In this document: one piece after another, positions 1 to 10,937 of the stretch
Layout of the letters: the number at the start of each line of letters is the position of its first letter
Position numbering within the stretch: position 1 is the stretch's first letter
Origin: Basidiobolus meristosporus CBS 931.73
Taxonomy: Eukaryota; Fungi; Basidiobolomycota
Assembly (NCBI GenBank): GCA_002104905.1
Contig: MCFE01000321.1
Coordinates: forward strand, 1 to 64,000
Reading direction: 5' to 3'
DNA: 64,000 nt
The notes under the pieces: model-generated
Database searches by the model: none
The model's input: the letters and a program-made list of their open reading frames with translations, nothing else
What the model was told of the DNA's origin: nothing
Program-made: the position numbers and the translations under genes

Positions 1-1705
1 AGTATGGATGCAATGACCCAGAGAAATCAGGAAATAGTCCAGAAACAGGATGAGTGGGTAATATGAGTAGAGCAATCAATATCCCAGGTGGGGAAAGCAG
101 TATCTTTGCCGCAAAGAAGGAACCCAAGTAGCCCAATGTCACAGCAAAGAATTGAGCTATTTCCTGATGCAATAGCTGAGGAACACCTTACACTCCTTGA
201 AGCACAACCACAGTGTGCAACAATAAAGCCAACAGAAAGACCTATCACAGTGTGGGAGGGAGACAATGTGGTGTTTGTACCAAAGCCAAAAAATCACAAG
301 ACATTGAAGATCTGTGAAGTCATTGAGTGCAATTATGCGGAGTGGGCTAATATTCAAGAGGCCATAAGAAGTCTAGCATGCTTTTACCTTAAGGCCAGCA
401 TACCATAGGACCATCAGGAGGTCAAGGCCAAAAGAACAATTGTGCCATGGCTAAAAACCAGTGGCTTCCTGAAGGGCCTGTCACAAGCAGGGCTGAAAGC
501 TCCAGACAAGCCCCAAAGAGATGCAGGGTAGCTAGAAGAGTGCCAATTAGGGATAAGCAGACAGACATGGATGCACCAGCACAATGTTTATTAAGGGAAA
601 TGCTTAGTACCACTTAAGAAGTGCTCAGTCAAAGTAGCAGTGAAGGACCTGGCAGTGATAAAAACCATCAGCTTTTACAGGAGCCTGTTGTAAATGGGGT
701 TGAGGGCTCAAAACAAGCAGAAAAAAATGTCAGGTTGCCAGAAGAATGCCAGCAAGGGACAGTAGGCCAAAGAGATGTGTCAGAGCCAAATTTATCAAGG
801 AGAAAGCATAGTTCATTACAAGAAGCACGCAGACAAAGTAGCAGTCAAAAACCCAACAGTGATCTCCAGCAAGGCATATAAGTTTACAGAAAAAGGCAAC
901 TTGTCTATCACAGCCTCCACATCCTCTGTTGTTGACAAAGTGGATATCCCGCTGACAGACAATGCTACAACATCAAGAGCTTGAAACACTATCACAATGC
1001 CTTCAGTGGAATCTTGGAACATTAATAGGCTCACCAAAAGGTTGCAGCACTTCCTCAAGAGCAGTGCTTAAGAAAACGCACTTGAATATTGCAAGGATTT
1101 ATTGCAACAACTGGCAGATAATATGTTAGGCCTTGCAGTGCCTTCTGAAGATCAGGACATGTGGGAACCAGTGAATGAACAGTGGCATAAAGTCATTGGG
1201 TTCCTGCCAAAGTTATGGAATCAGAGCATTGCAGCAGAAATACTTATTGAGTGGTGGATTTTAATGGAGTTGTTTGTTGAGTGTGGGGTTGTGCTTATTG
1301 TTGGTGTAGGGTATAGGGACCTGTATAGTTCAATGCAACTAGCAATTGAGTTACAATTGAAGTTTCAACAGAAATTAATCAATTCACACTCACAAAAAGT
1401 AAGAGAAATAGTTGAGTAAGGAAGTAAGCAATGTGAAAAAGAGGCAATAGCCAATCTATGCACACAAACTCAGGATGTGACAGAGTGTCTGGGGTCAGAA
1501 AGTGAGCATATGGCAGGCAACTAATCAAAAGCCATTTATATGTTGTTACAATGAAAAATTCTGACTTTTTTTTGTGAAATCTGTGGTGCAATTATTTTTC
1601 AATGGTTTCTGGATGGTGTCCTGACAGGATCAGTACCTCTTAGTCTTGGGATTTTAACTTTGTGATGGCCTTTTAATAGGATCATTGCAATAATTTCTCA
1701 TATGG
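1..1705 (+). mobile_element. Degenerate copy (C) of the unknown ORF-A arm of the bipartite CACTA-like family; truncated by the window edge
   Basis: Nucleotide and translated similarity to 10938-13830 and 28380-29610 (e.g. DAMTQRNQEIVQ, IKPTERPITVWEG, LADNMLGLAVPSEDQDMWEP vs LADEVLDLAVLAEDQDMWEP). Frame is broken by stops. Boundaries approximate. Confidence 0.75.
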
Positions 1706-1734
1706 GGAACTTTAATGTCTTCTGACTTATATGC

Positions 1735-1895
1735 TAGGTTATAAGTACTACAGACCCCCCCTCCCATGCTGTGATAGGTTTCTCAGTGGGCTTTATCTTT
1801 GAGTGTTGTTGTTGTGAACCAATGACTGTACAGTGTTCCTCTGCAGTTACAATGGGAAATGGCTCCATTTTTGGCTGTGACATTGAGCAGACAGC
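1735..1895 (-). pseudogene. ORF-A fragment of inverted copy D
   Basis: Minus-strand translation MSQPKMEPFPIVTAEEHCTVIGSQQQHSKIKPTEKPITAWEG matches ORF-A segments at 88-408 and about 11290-11420. Confidence 0.7.
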
Positions 1896-1899
1896 ACCA

Positions 1900-2434
1900 G
1901 AAATATTACAAGGATCATGGCCAGTGTTTTGCCACACAAGTCCTATTTGACCATACATCAGTCATTACTGCATCAAAATTATCTTGCCAGCCAACTAGTA
2001 CTCTGAAAATGGTACCCAGTTATACTTGCTATCTTGCATAAACTGAGGAGACAACACCTGTAGAAAGAATTGCCAAGGATGCATTATGCAGCTAAGTGAG
2101 CCCAGCAATGCATCTACTGGTGATCAGTGTAAGATTGTTGCTAGAGAAGTGGCATGCTTCTACAAATAACAGTAATGCTGGCTTTGAGGATTTACTACAA
2201 CTGCTTGCTAAATTGCTTGGAGATACAGCTTTCCTTGTACGTAGTACAATTTAATAGCTGTCATGCAGCTGGCAAAATACAACCCAGCAAGTCTCCTGAT
2301 GCCTGCTTGTGCTTATAGTTGCATGGCATTCACATCAGAATATGCCACCGTTGAATGGTGTTCAATTTGTCAGGAATCCACCACCATAGGAAGTAAACAT
2401 TGTTTACAGTCTGAATGTATTCCAGTAATACCAC
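1900..2434 (+). pseudogene. CACTA-type transposase 5' fragment of inverted copy D
   Basis: YNPASLLMPACAYSCMAFTSEYATVEWCSICQE (2263 onward) matches YDPDTILIPSCVDSCMALTSE in copy A (minus strand, about 10400-10480). The reverse complement of 1900-2300 aligns with parts of 10500-10980. Confidence 0.7.
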
Positions 2435-2974
2435 TGTGGTGGTGTAGAGGTACTCCTGGGAGATGCTACACAACTCATGGTATATGGGGTGTCTGATATG
2501 TGCAATAACCTCTGTGACTAAACTGCTGGTGTCATTGTCAATATGTCACTATGGTAAAAGCTCCTGCCTCTCTAGCTTCCTAAATGTGCCAAGTGTCTTC
2601 AAAGGCCTCTGTGTGTCTTGTGCACTATGCTGAAAAGCTCCTTGATGGCAAGTCTGAGGTTTAACTGTTAAAGGTAGGTGCAGTGATCAACTGCTAATCA
2701 ATAAGTGGAAAGTGTCACTGATAGAAGGGATGATTTATTGATGAGGGACTGCCTTTCCTTAAGTACTTGTCCTGATTGCCAAGTGTTTACTAATAGCAAG
2801 TTTCTAAAAGATTCCAGGCATCAATGCAATTCTTGATAACATTGCTATGAGTTAAAAATAAGCTAAAAATGTCCTGGAAGGTTCTAAAAGGCACAGCACA
2901 TCCAACCAATCAAGGATCAGTAGTCTGAGACCTGTGCAACATAGAGATAGCATATATGGTGTTTAGATGGTACA
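2435..2974 (+). repeat. LTR-like repeat family Y, copy 1 (about 540 bp, TGTGGTGG...GGTACA)
   Basis: Aligns along its length with the reverse complement of 32389-32937 and at both ends with 26465-27275. TG...CA termini. No TSD found. Confidence 0.65.
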
Positions 2975-3054
2975 ATAGCAAGAAGTAAAATAAAGAAATG
3001 ATTGCAATATTGATAATGAGATATTGTAGTAATGAAATATTTGCCATTAGCACA
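2975..3054 (+). repeat. 3'-terminal fragment of LTR-like family X
   Basis: atagcaagaagtaaaataaagaaatg...ccattagcaca matches the last ~80 bp of 24360-25602 and 34401-35579. Confidence 0.6.
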
Positions 3055-3599
3055 GAAGCAAGCCAAAAAGGACAGGAACTGGAGTATATGAACTACATGA
3101 GTGCAGCACAACAGCTATTTGTAACTGTACACAAGAGTGCAAAGCAGCAACCAAGTATATTGATTTGGCTTTATTATATCCGCAAAGGATATTGATATGG
3201 CAACTAAGCCTGGCAGCACATAAGAGGCTCAAAAGACATTAACACTATCAACAAAAAAATAATTTGGTCATGCTGGTGGATCCAATCTGCACCAAACATC
3301 CAGATTCCACCAGGAGACAGCTAAAGTACCAGTGGCATGGAATTAATGACCCTCTACACCATCTTAAGTCTTTACTGCCAAATAAAGTGAAATAACATGA
3401 TGGTATTTGATCAGTGTCTTGCCAAGATTAGCATGGGATTGTGGTTGCTTTAGTGCATTCTACAACTATATGAGTGGATCTAACAGGCCAGTACATCAAG
3501 TTACCTTAAATGGCAAATAACTTGATGGTGCTTTGATAGCCTCATTGTAAGCCAACAATGGCATTTTACAGCAATATGGCAGCCTACAGCAGGTTCTGT

Positions 3600-4342
3600 C
3601 TACTGATACTGTACCAATTTACCAAATGGTACATCCTTTTTGTAGCTTGTGTAATTCATATATTCCACTGTAGAATCACCCCTTTTTATTTGCTTACTCA
3701 CTACTACCGTGGGTATTCCACAAATAGTTCAGATCAAAAAAACTATGGTATCCTGCTTACCAACTATTACAAGTATCCACACCTGCTGCAATTGATATAC
3801 TTCTATCACCTTAACTTTACAGCTTTTTGAGTTTGTTACATGCAAAGTTGCCATATATGCTAATTGCTAGTAACGTATATATCTTGCAAACATATGCTAG
3901 GTTGCCACTACTTCTGCAATGAATACTTCCTGAGCATCAGTAAAGAACTTTTTGGTATTTAGCCAACATTCTCCTTCTCCATGTTGGATTCAAGTCCCTG
4001 TATTGGGGGTACTTGGGCTCTTGTTTGTGTGACCACTGTATTGCTTGGTGTAGAAATCAGCTTATGACCAAGAGAAATCCGGCATACCTTGATAGAGCAT
4101 TCCTGATAAAAATTTGTTGCTTGTTGCACTCAACCCAATTGTGCATTGCTTAACTGTTTACTCACTCATTGGGGCTGCTTAGCTTCTCAATTCCATAGGC
4201 ATAGGAGTCTATATGTGCACATCTGTCCTCAGTAATTTTGCACTGTTCCTGGCTGTCCTTCATGTGCCAGCTCATTACATATATACTGGGCTCAAAGGTG
4301 ACCAGATTGGAACATGGTGGTTCCTGCAACTTATCTCATGTC
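3600..4342 (-). pseudogene. CACTA transposase copy A, 3' part (left of the Copia insertion)
   Basis: About 4100-4342 aligns with 17000-17250 of copy B, and the sequence continues across the Copia TSD from 9039. Left boundary uncertain. Confidence 0.5.
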
Positions 4343-4347
4343 ATCTC

Positions 4348-4716
4348 TGTTGCAATTTAAGAAGTGATTTGGATATAAGGAACTTATCAAGAAATAGTGA
4401 TAATAGTTGAACTGTTGTTTATTCATAAAGAAGCTCAGTATTTATACCTTTGTAGAAGTAATACAGCTGCAACACTAAGTAGGGAGGGTTTCTCAATATT
4501 CAGGAGCATTCTGTAACAGTTTCAGGGCTAGTACATAATGTTTGGTAATAGTGCTAATTTGATCCTGACTATAGGGGAATAATCATAAGATCATATATCT
4601 GGAGAAAGTGGCAAAGTTAAGGCAGTAAATGAGTCCTACAGTGACTAAGACTAGCCTAGAATTGTTAAGTAAATTTTTAGCTGCTGAATGATACCAAATA
4701 GTCCAATATTTCAACA
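4348..4716 (-). repeat. 3' LTR of Copia-1
   Basis: Direct repeat of 8665-9033. The ORF stop codon lies in its first bases (GAG GGG GAG TGT TGA on the minus strand). Confidence 0.97.
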
Positions 4717-7700
4717 CTCCCCCTCAACTAAATAATTTCTTAATCCCAATTTCTCTCTAAGGATCTCAAACTGTGGCCTAGCTAGTGGTTTTGTCAATAT
4801 GTCTGCCACCATTTTGTCAGTTGGGCAGTAAACCAGCTCTACTAAGTTATTTTCTACAGCTTCCCTCACAAAGTGATGCTGTATATCAATGTGCTTAGTT
4901 CTGGCATGATTAGTAGGATTTCTAGCTAATGAAATACAACTTTGATTATCCTTGTAAATACATGTTGGTTCACCTGAATTAAAACCTAAGTCTTTGAGTA
5001 ATTTTTGTAGCCATATAGCCTCCTTAGTTGCTTGACATGCAGCCATATATTTGGCTTCAGTTGTAGATAGTGCCACAGTTGGTTGTTTCTTGCAATTCCA
5101 AGTAATAGCTGCACCAGCATAAAGAAATACATAGCCTGTGGTAGAGCGTCTGTCAATCAAATCCCTACCCCAATCTGAATCACTATAACCATCAAATTTT
5201 TGCCTATTTGCTGCTCCAGAGTATTCCAGTACCATATTTATGGTACCTTGTAGATATCTGAAAATCCGCTTAACTGCTGCAATTTGATCTGATCCATAAT
5301 TCTGCATGAATTGACTGACTATTCCAACTGCTACTGCAATATCTGGACGTGTAGACACCATCAAGTACATTAGGCTACCGACCATTGATTGATAGGGAAA
5401 GTTTTGGTCCATATTTGAGCCGTTTTCATCTATAACTGGCTGAGATTTGCTTAATTTCAGGTTATTGTCCATAGGGGTTGCTGCAGGTTTGCAATTTTCC
5501 ATTTTGAAGCGTCTAAGAATGTCCCTGATGTACTTAGACTGATTCAGCACAATTTTCTGCGTAGGTATGTCAAATTTGACCTCAATTCCAAGAAAATAGC
5601 TCAATTTTCCAAGATCTTTCATCTCAAACTTGCTGAAGAGATCTGATTTTGTCTGTTTAAGTGCCTCTTGATCACTTGTAGCTATAATTAGGTCGTCCAC
5701 ATAAAGAACTAGGATGATCACACCCTTTTTGAGCTGTTTCACATATATACTGTGATCTGCAGTGCTACGAGAGAACCCAATTTCCTCTAGATATGTGTCA
5801 ATCTTGTTATACCATGCTCTGGGTGCCTGCTTAAGCCCATACAACAATTTTCTAAGTTTGCACACCTTATGGGGGCTTTTTGGATCGGTAAAACCTTCTG
5901 GTTGCTCCATATATATAGTTTCTTGCAAATCCCCATTTAGAAAGGCTGTTTTGACGTCCATTTGGTGTAGATCTAGACTGTGTACAGCTGCCAGGGCTAG
6001 AACTGTCCTAATAGAGTTAAACTTGGCAACCGGAGCAAATGTTTCCTTAAAGTCTAGTCCCTGGATCCGGGAATAGCCTTTAGCTACCAATCTAGCCTTG
6101 TACTTATCAACGGCACCATTTGAGGTTATCTTGATCTTGTAGACCCATCTACATCCTATTGGCTTTCTCCCATTTGGTAAATCTACCAGTTCCCACGTTT
6201 TTGCCTTGATCAGTGATTGGTACTCCTCCTGCATGGCTTGTTGCCACTTAGTAGCATCTGGACCTTGCATTGCCTGTTCCAGATTCTGAGGTTTGGCACA
6301 TAAGGCAAGATAAGCTTCTTCATGATCATTGGATGTCTGCCACCAGGATCCAGGGGCATTTCTTATTCTGGTAGATCTCCTAACTGGGATAATCTGTTCT
6401 GATCTGGAACTGGTAGAAGTATCTTCCATCTCTGGCTGGATTTGGTATGTATCTTCTTCATTTGTGTTGATTGCATCATCAGGCAGCTGGCCAATGATTT
6501 CTGTGGCTTTCTGATCTGAATTTTCCTCAAATACAACGTCCCTGCTCTTGATCAGCTTCTGTATTTTGCCATCATACACTCTATACCCTTTAGTATCTTC
6601 ACAATACCCAAGAAAGATCCCTTTTCTACTCTTTGGTTCCAACTTTGAGCGTTTTTTGTCAGGGATGTGATAAAAAACATCACTGCCAAAGATCCTGAGG
6701 TGCTGGAGATCTGGTTTTTTGCCTGTATATGCTTCAAAGGGTGTAGAATCACGTAGTGCTGTTGTTGGGCATCTGTTCTCGATGTATACAGCGGTAGCAA
6801 CAGATTCAGCCCAAAACTTGTAGTCCATTCCCTTATCATGTAGCATAGATCTTCCCATCTCTACTATTGTTCTGTTTGCACGTTCTGCTACTCCATTTTG
6901 CTGTGGAGTATGAGGAACTGTGGTCTGCTGAAGTATACCAGTAGACAAGCAGTATTTTGCAAACTCCTTTGAGCAGTATTCTCCTCCATTGTCACTTCGT
7001 AGTACCTTCAATTTACACCCAGTTTGTGTTTCTGCCATGTTCTTGAAGTGCTTAAACGTCTCTAAAGCTTCATCCTTTGTTTTGAGGAAGTACACCCATG
7101 TATATCTTGTCTTGTCATCAATAAACGTCATAAAGTATCTCTTGGCTCCAAAGGACAGCGTTCTCATGGGGCCACATATGTCTGAGTGTACAATAGCCAA
7201 TATTTCGGTGGTATTGATGCCTTCTGAGCTCTTGAAACGTTGCCTAGCTTGTTTGCCATATGAACATCCCTTACAAACATTCAATTTGATCGGAATTGAG
7301 TATTTTAGGCCCAAAACAAGCTGATTTTTCACCAATTGGCTCATTTTCTGTTCCCCTATGTGTCCTAGCCTCCTATGCCACGTCTCCCAGTTGGTTTCAT
7401 CAGTTTCAGCAATGTTGACATACTCAGGTACAATGATCTTGCATTGTAACTTGTATATATTGTGATCTCTGATTCCCGAAGCTAATTTTTGTCCATTTTC
7501 ACTCAATATTGAGCAGCTCAGCTTAGTAAAAACAAATTTCAGTCCCTGAGTAGTTGCTTTACTGACTGAGAGTAGGTTCTTAGCTATTCCAGGTACATAG
7601 AGTACGTCAGTCAGTTTTGCTGTTGTTGCCCCTGAGTTATCACTCATATTTAGTTGTATAGACCCACTGGCGGTAGCTTCCAATGCAGAGTTATCTCCCA

Positions 7701-8628
7701 GATAAACCTTTCTTACGGGAATAGTCTTTAAGTTGCTGAACCAATCCATTATACCACAAATATGCTGTGATGCTCCAGAGTCAATATACCATTCATTACT
7801 TCGGTTACTTGCACTCTCTTGTACAGTGACAAATAGCTGTTCATCAGTAGTTATATGGTTTGCCTGCTCTAGTTTCTGTTTTTCGTCTGCTTGTTTCTTC
7901 TTGCATTCTCTTGCCCAGTGTCCTGGCTTCTTACAGTAGTTACAGCAGCCAGGTTTTCTTCGGTTTTGTTGCTTTCCCTTCTTTTCTGTATGCCTTTCTG
8001 AGCTGAATAAAGCATTATCTTCAATTTTCTCTGCTTGATCATTACGTCTGAGTTCTTCATGGAGAAGTCTTCCTTTGACATAGTCTAAAGTCAAGTTGTC
8101 TTCTCTGCTTTCAAAAGAAAGTATGAGTGGCTCATACTCGTCTGGTAGGCTGCAAAGCAGACAGAGTATCTTTTCTTCATCATCTACACCAGCATTAATA
8201 CTGTAAAGTTCTTCTGCAAGTGTCTCCATTCTGGTAATGAGTTGTAGCATGTCATCATCTGGCTTTTTTCTCATGTTGAAGAACTTTCGTTTCAAATAAA
8301 GCTTGCTTGATACTGACTTTGCTCTAAAGATCTTCTCCAAGGATTCCCATGCTGCTTTGGCAGTATTTGAGGCATGGATTTGTCCAATGAAGGAGTCTTG
8401 CACATTGATGCATATTGCATTGAAGGCCTTTCTCTCCTTCTCTTGAAATTTCTCCACATCTTCTGCTGTTCCTTTGGGCTCAACTTCCTTTCCTGTTACT
8501 ATGTTCCAAAGCTTTCTTTCTTCAAGGTGGATCTGCATCTTGATTCTCCAAAGTCTGTAGTTCTTCCCATCAAACCTGTCCTTTACAGGGAAGATGTTGG
8601 TATTGCTTTGTTTGCTGGTAGAAGTCAT
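4711..8628 (-). CDS. Copia gag-pol polyprotein, 1305 aa
   Basis: Motifs in order: zinc knuckle CNYCKKPGHWAREC, protease WYIDSGASQH, HRRLGH...CKGC, integrase HSDICGP / SDNGGEY / GVAERANR, RT YVDD, RNase H DSDWG / STTEAKY / KDNQS. Confidence 0.96.
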   Translation of the reverse strand: MTSTSKQSNTNIFPVKDRFDGKNYRLWRIKMQIHLEERKLWNIVTGKEVEPKGTAEDVEKFQEKERKAFNAICINVQDSFIGQIHASNTAKAAWESLEKIFRAKSVSSKLYLKRKFFNMRKKPDDDMLQLITRMETLAEELYSINAGVDDEEKILCLLCSLPDEYEPLILSFESREDNLTLDYVKGRLLHEELRRNDQAEKIEDNALFSSERHTEKKGKQQNRRKPGCCNYCKKPGHWARECKKKQADEKQKLEQANHITTDEQLFVTVQESASNRSNEWYIDSGASQHICGIMDWFSNLKTIPVRKVYLGDNSALEATASGSIQLNMSDNSGATTAKLTDVLYVPGIAKNLLSVSKATTQGLKFVFTKLSCSILSENGQKLASGIRDHNIYKLQCKIIVPEYVNIAETDETNWETWHRRLGHIGEQKMSQLVKNQLVLGLKYSIPIKLNVCKGCSYGKQARQRFKSSEGINTTEILAIVHSDICGPMRTLSFGAKRYFMTFIDDKTRYTWVYFLKTKDEALETFKHFKNMAETQTGCKLKVLRSDNGGEYCSKEFAKYCLSTGILQQTTVPHTPQQNGVAERANRTIVEMGRSMLHDKGMDYKFWAESVATAVYIENRCPTTALRDSTPFEAYTGKKPDLQHLRIFGSDVFYHIPDKKRSKLEPKSRKGIFLGYCEDTKGYRVYDGKIQKLIKSRDVVFEENSDQKATEIIGQLPDDAINTNEEDTYQIQPEMEDTSTSSRSEQIIPVRRSTRIRNAPGSWWQTSNDHEEAYLALCAKPQNLEQAMQGPDATKWQQAMQEEYQSLIKAKTWELVDLPNGRKPIGCRWVYKIKITSNGAVDKYKARLVAKGYSRIQGLDFKETFAPVAKFNSIRTVLALAAVHSLDLHQMDVKTAFLNGDLQETIYMEQPEGFTDPKSPHKVCKLRKLLYGLKQAPRAWYNKIDTYLEEIGFSRSTADHSIYVKQLKKGVIILVLYVDDLIIATSDQEALKQTKSDLFSKFEMKDLGKLSYFLGIEVKFDIPTQKIVLNQSKYIRDILRRFKMENCKPAATPMDNNLKLSKSQPVIDENGSNMDQNFPYQSMVGSLMYLMVSTRPDIAVAVGIVSQFMQNYGSDQIAAVKRIFRYLQGTINMVLEYSGAANRQKFDGYSDSDWGRDLIDRRSTTGYVFLYAGAAITWNCKKQPTVALSTTEAKYMAACQATKEAIWLQKLLKDLGFNSGEPTCIYKDNQSCISLARNPTNHARTKHIDIQHHFVREAVENNLVELVYCPTDKMVADILTKPLARPQFEILREKLGLRNYLVEGEC
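4717..4725 (-). promoter_or_regulatory. Polypurine tract of Copia-1
   Basis: GAGGGGGAG on the minus strand, immediately upstream of the 3' LTR. Confidence 0.85.
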
Positions 8629-8650
8629 CTTTAGAATAGATTAAGGCAAT

Positions 8651-8664
8651 CGGGGCTCATAACC
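8651..8664 (-). promoter_or_regulatory. Primer-binding site complementary to the anticodon arm of initiator tRNA-Met (half-tRNA priming)
   Basis: GGTTATGAGCCCCG abuts the 5' LTR. This is the Ty5 / Drosophila copia type of PBS. Confidence 0.85.
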
Positions 8665-9033
8665 TGTTGCAATTTAAGAAGTGATTTGGATATAAGGAAC
8701 TTATCAAGAAATAGTGATAATAGTTGAACTGTTGTTTATTCATAAAGAAGCTCAGTATTTATTCCTTTGTAGAAGTAATACAGCTGCAACACTAAGTAGG
8801 GAGGGTTTCTCAATATTCAGGAGCATTCTGTAACAGTTTCAGGGTTAGTACATAATGTTTGGTAATAGTGCTAATTTGATCCTGACTATAGGGGAATAAT
8901 CATAAGATCATATATCTGGAGAAAGTGGCGAAGTTAAGGCAGTAAATGGGTCCTACAGTGACTAAGACTAGCCTAGAATTGTTAAGTAAATTTTTAGCTG
9001 CTGAATGATACCAAATAGTCCAATATTTCAACA
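8665..9033 (-). repeat. 5' LTR of Copia-1
   Basis: Direct repeat of 4348-4716, followed on the plus strand by TSD ATCTC. Confidence 0.97.
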
Positions 9034-9038
9034 ATCTC

Positions 9039-10935
9039 CCCTCATATTTACTCCATAGTGAACTCCCAAAAGGCCCAATGTTTTCCACACACCAAGCAAG
9101 ACAGAGTAGATAATGGATACAGTAGTGGCCAAGATCTACACACTCAGCCTTATGCTTGTAGTAAATCCACTCAAATCTCATCTCAAGCTCCTTGCACCAA
9201 AGCAGTAGATGCCTCACATAGGAATTAGTTGTCCACTTCTGGATAAACATTCCTACTATGCCCACATATGACTCCCAATGCTTCCAATGTACTCATTGCA
9301 GAAAGGCTTCAGAAGGCAACATCAATAAATACATATCCAGTTCATCCAGTCCTTGCACTTGTATTGTTGCGTATCTGTATAAATGTTGATTGGAGTCTCT
9401 GAGAAGTACTTAGTGTAGCTGATACTATGTAATATATTGCCTATTCTTTAAAATTTCTCTGGTATCTCAAAGGGTTGATTAAGCTTGAAATGCCCCATGT
9501 ACAACTTGGTCATCTGTATAGGTATATTGCTGAAATGCAAATGCATTGCTCCCAGTTGAAAGCTTTTGCTCCAACAGAAACCTAGCATTTTAAATATCTT
9601 GGGATTCCAGTTAAATTCATATTCTGGCCAACAGCTCATAGCTTGTCAACTTTGCTACAATTGCCTGCTGATCTCTGTACATTCTCTGTGCTGGAATATG
9701 ACTTTCTCAGTGTTTGTGTTTAGGTTATAATAATGTCTGTGAGTTATGGAGTATATTACCTAGATCTCATGCACTTGAAAGTAATACCATCCATTGTCCT
9801 CAGAAAGGCCAGCTATCTTGCTGATGGCTGGGGTATCTACAATGCAGATAATAGTATGCACTATGACATAACAGCCATTTACTGTTATCCCACTAGAAAG
9901 AATACAAAACTCATCCAGTATTGGATTCAGGTAGCCACCCAGGTTGGATGATGATTTACGCCCAGATACCAGTGAGACTACCATGAGATTTTGACTCTGA
10001 TACCATAAGATATGTGGCAGACTCAGGTTGATGAGAATTAGTGGCCAGCAGGATTTGCTGGTAAAATACTTGTTTAATGAGAATCCACCAAGTGCCAAAA
10101 CAAAGGCATTGTCATATCAACCTTCAAAGTTGCCCTTGCTTCTTAGCTGTTTGTAATGTTTGCCATCAAATATATTGAAAATCTTTGTGCATGACTGGTA
10201 CTAAATGCAGCACTATATAGCTTCACAATATTTGTTGGATGGTATAAGCTCTGTTGGATGTGGTATTACTGGAAAATATCTGTAGTGTGAGCAATATTTT
10301 CTTCCTATATGTGTCAATATCTCACAGGTTGGACTCCTTGTAAACACGGCAGTATCTGATGTGAGTGCCTTAGGCTAGTTAGACACCTGGCAATGATGGC
10401 ACTTTCTGATGTCAATGCCATGCAACTGTCAACACATGATGGTATCAGGATGGTGTCTGGGTCATATGTTGCTATGCATTAAGCTGTCCATTAGTACCAT
10501 GTACATGGTGAGTTGCGCCCCAAAATGACTTTGGCAAGAAGCAGTAGTGAGTTCTCAGAGCTCCCATTACTGGTATTTGTAGAAACATGCTACTATCCAG
10601 CCACAACATCACATCATTCATCAGTAGATGAGTTATTGGGCTCACTTGGCTCCATAAGGTATCCTTTAGCATTCTCCACTGTTTTTCCACATGTGTTGTC
10701 TCATTGCATACTGGGATTTTGTCAGGCTCATGGAGGATACAGTGAGAGGAGATAAGCACACAAACCATGAGTGAGCCTCCCTTTTTAGAGCTATCACTCT
10801 GAGTGCCATATTCAAGAGACTGGGGTGAGCCTACAGGTGTCAAAAGCATACCTGACTCTGTTTGCTCAAGATGACAAGTATGGTCAGGTGCCCTTACAGA
10901 AGCATCAAGTGGTTGGCAAGATATTGGTGGCACAG
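9039..10935 (-). pseudogene. CACTA/EnSpm (CMC) transposase relic, copy A main body
   Basis: Fragments include SCVDSCMALT, YRYFPVIP, IFDGKHYKQLRSKGNF, LALGGFSLNKYFTSKSCWPLILINLSLP...NLMVVSLVSG...YLNPILDE...VDTPAISKIAG (Tnp2/Transposase_21-like) and HYLLCLAWCVENIGP (DUF4218-like). Many stops and frameshifts. Confidence 0.85.
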
Positions 10936-10937
10936 TA

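Larger units (their letters stand above)
4348..9033 (-). mobile_element. Full-length Ty1/Copia LTR retrotransposon (family Copia-1), young insertion
   Basis: Two 369-bp LTRs (TGTTG...CAACA) with 4 differences, 5-bp TSD ATCTC (4343-4347 and 9034-9038), PBS, PPT and a single gag-pol ORF in PR-IN-RT-RH order. Confidence 0.97.

Noticed and set aside
3055-3600. Possible plus-strand C-terminal transposase fragment of copy D
   Set aside because: Similarity too weak by eye to assign.
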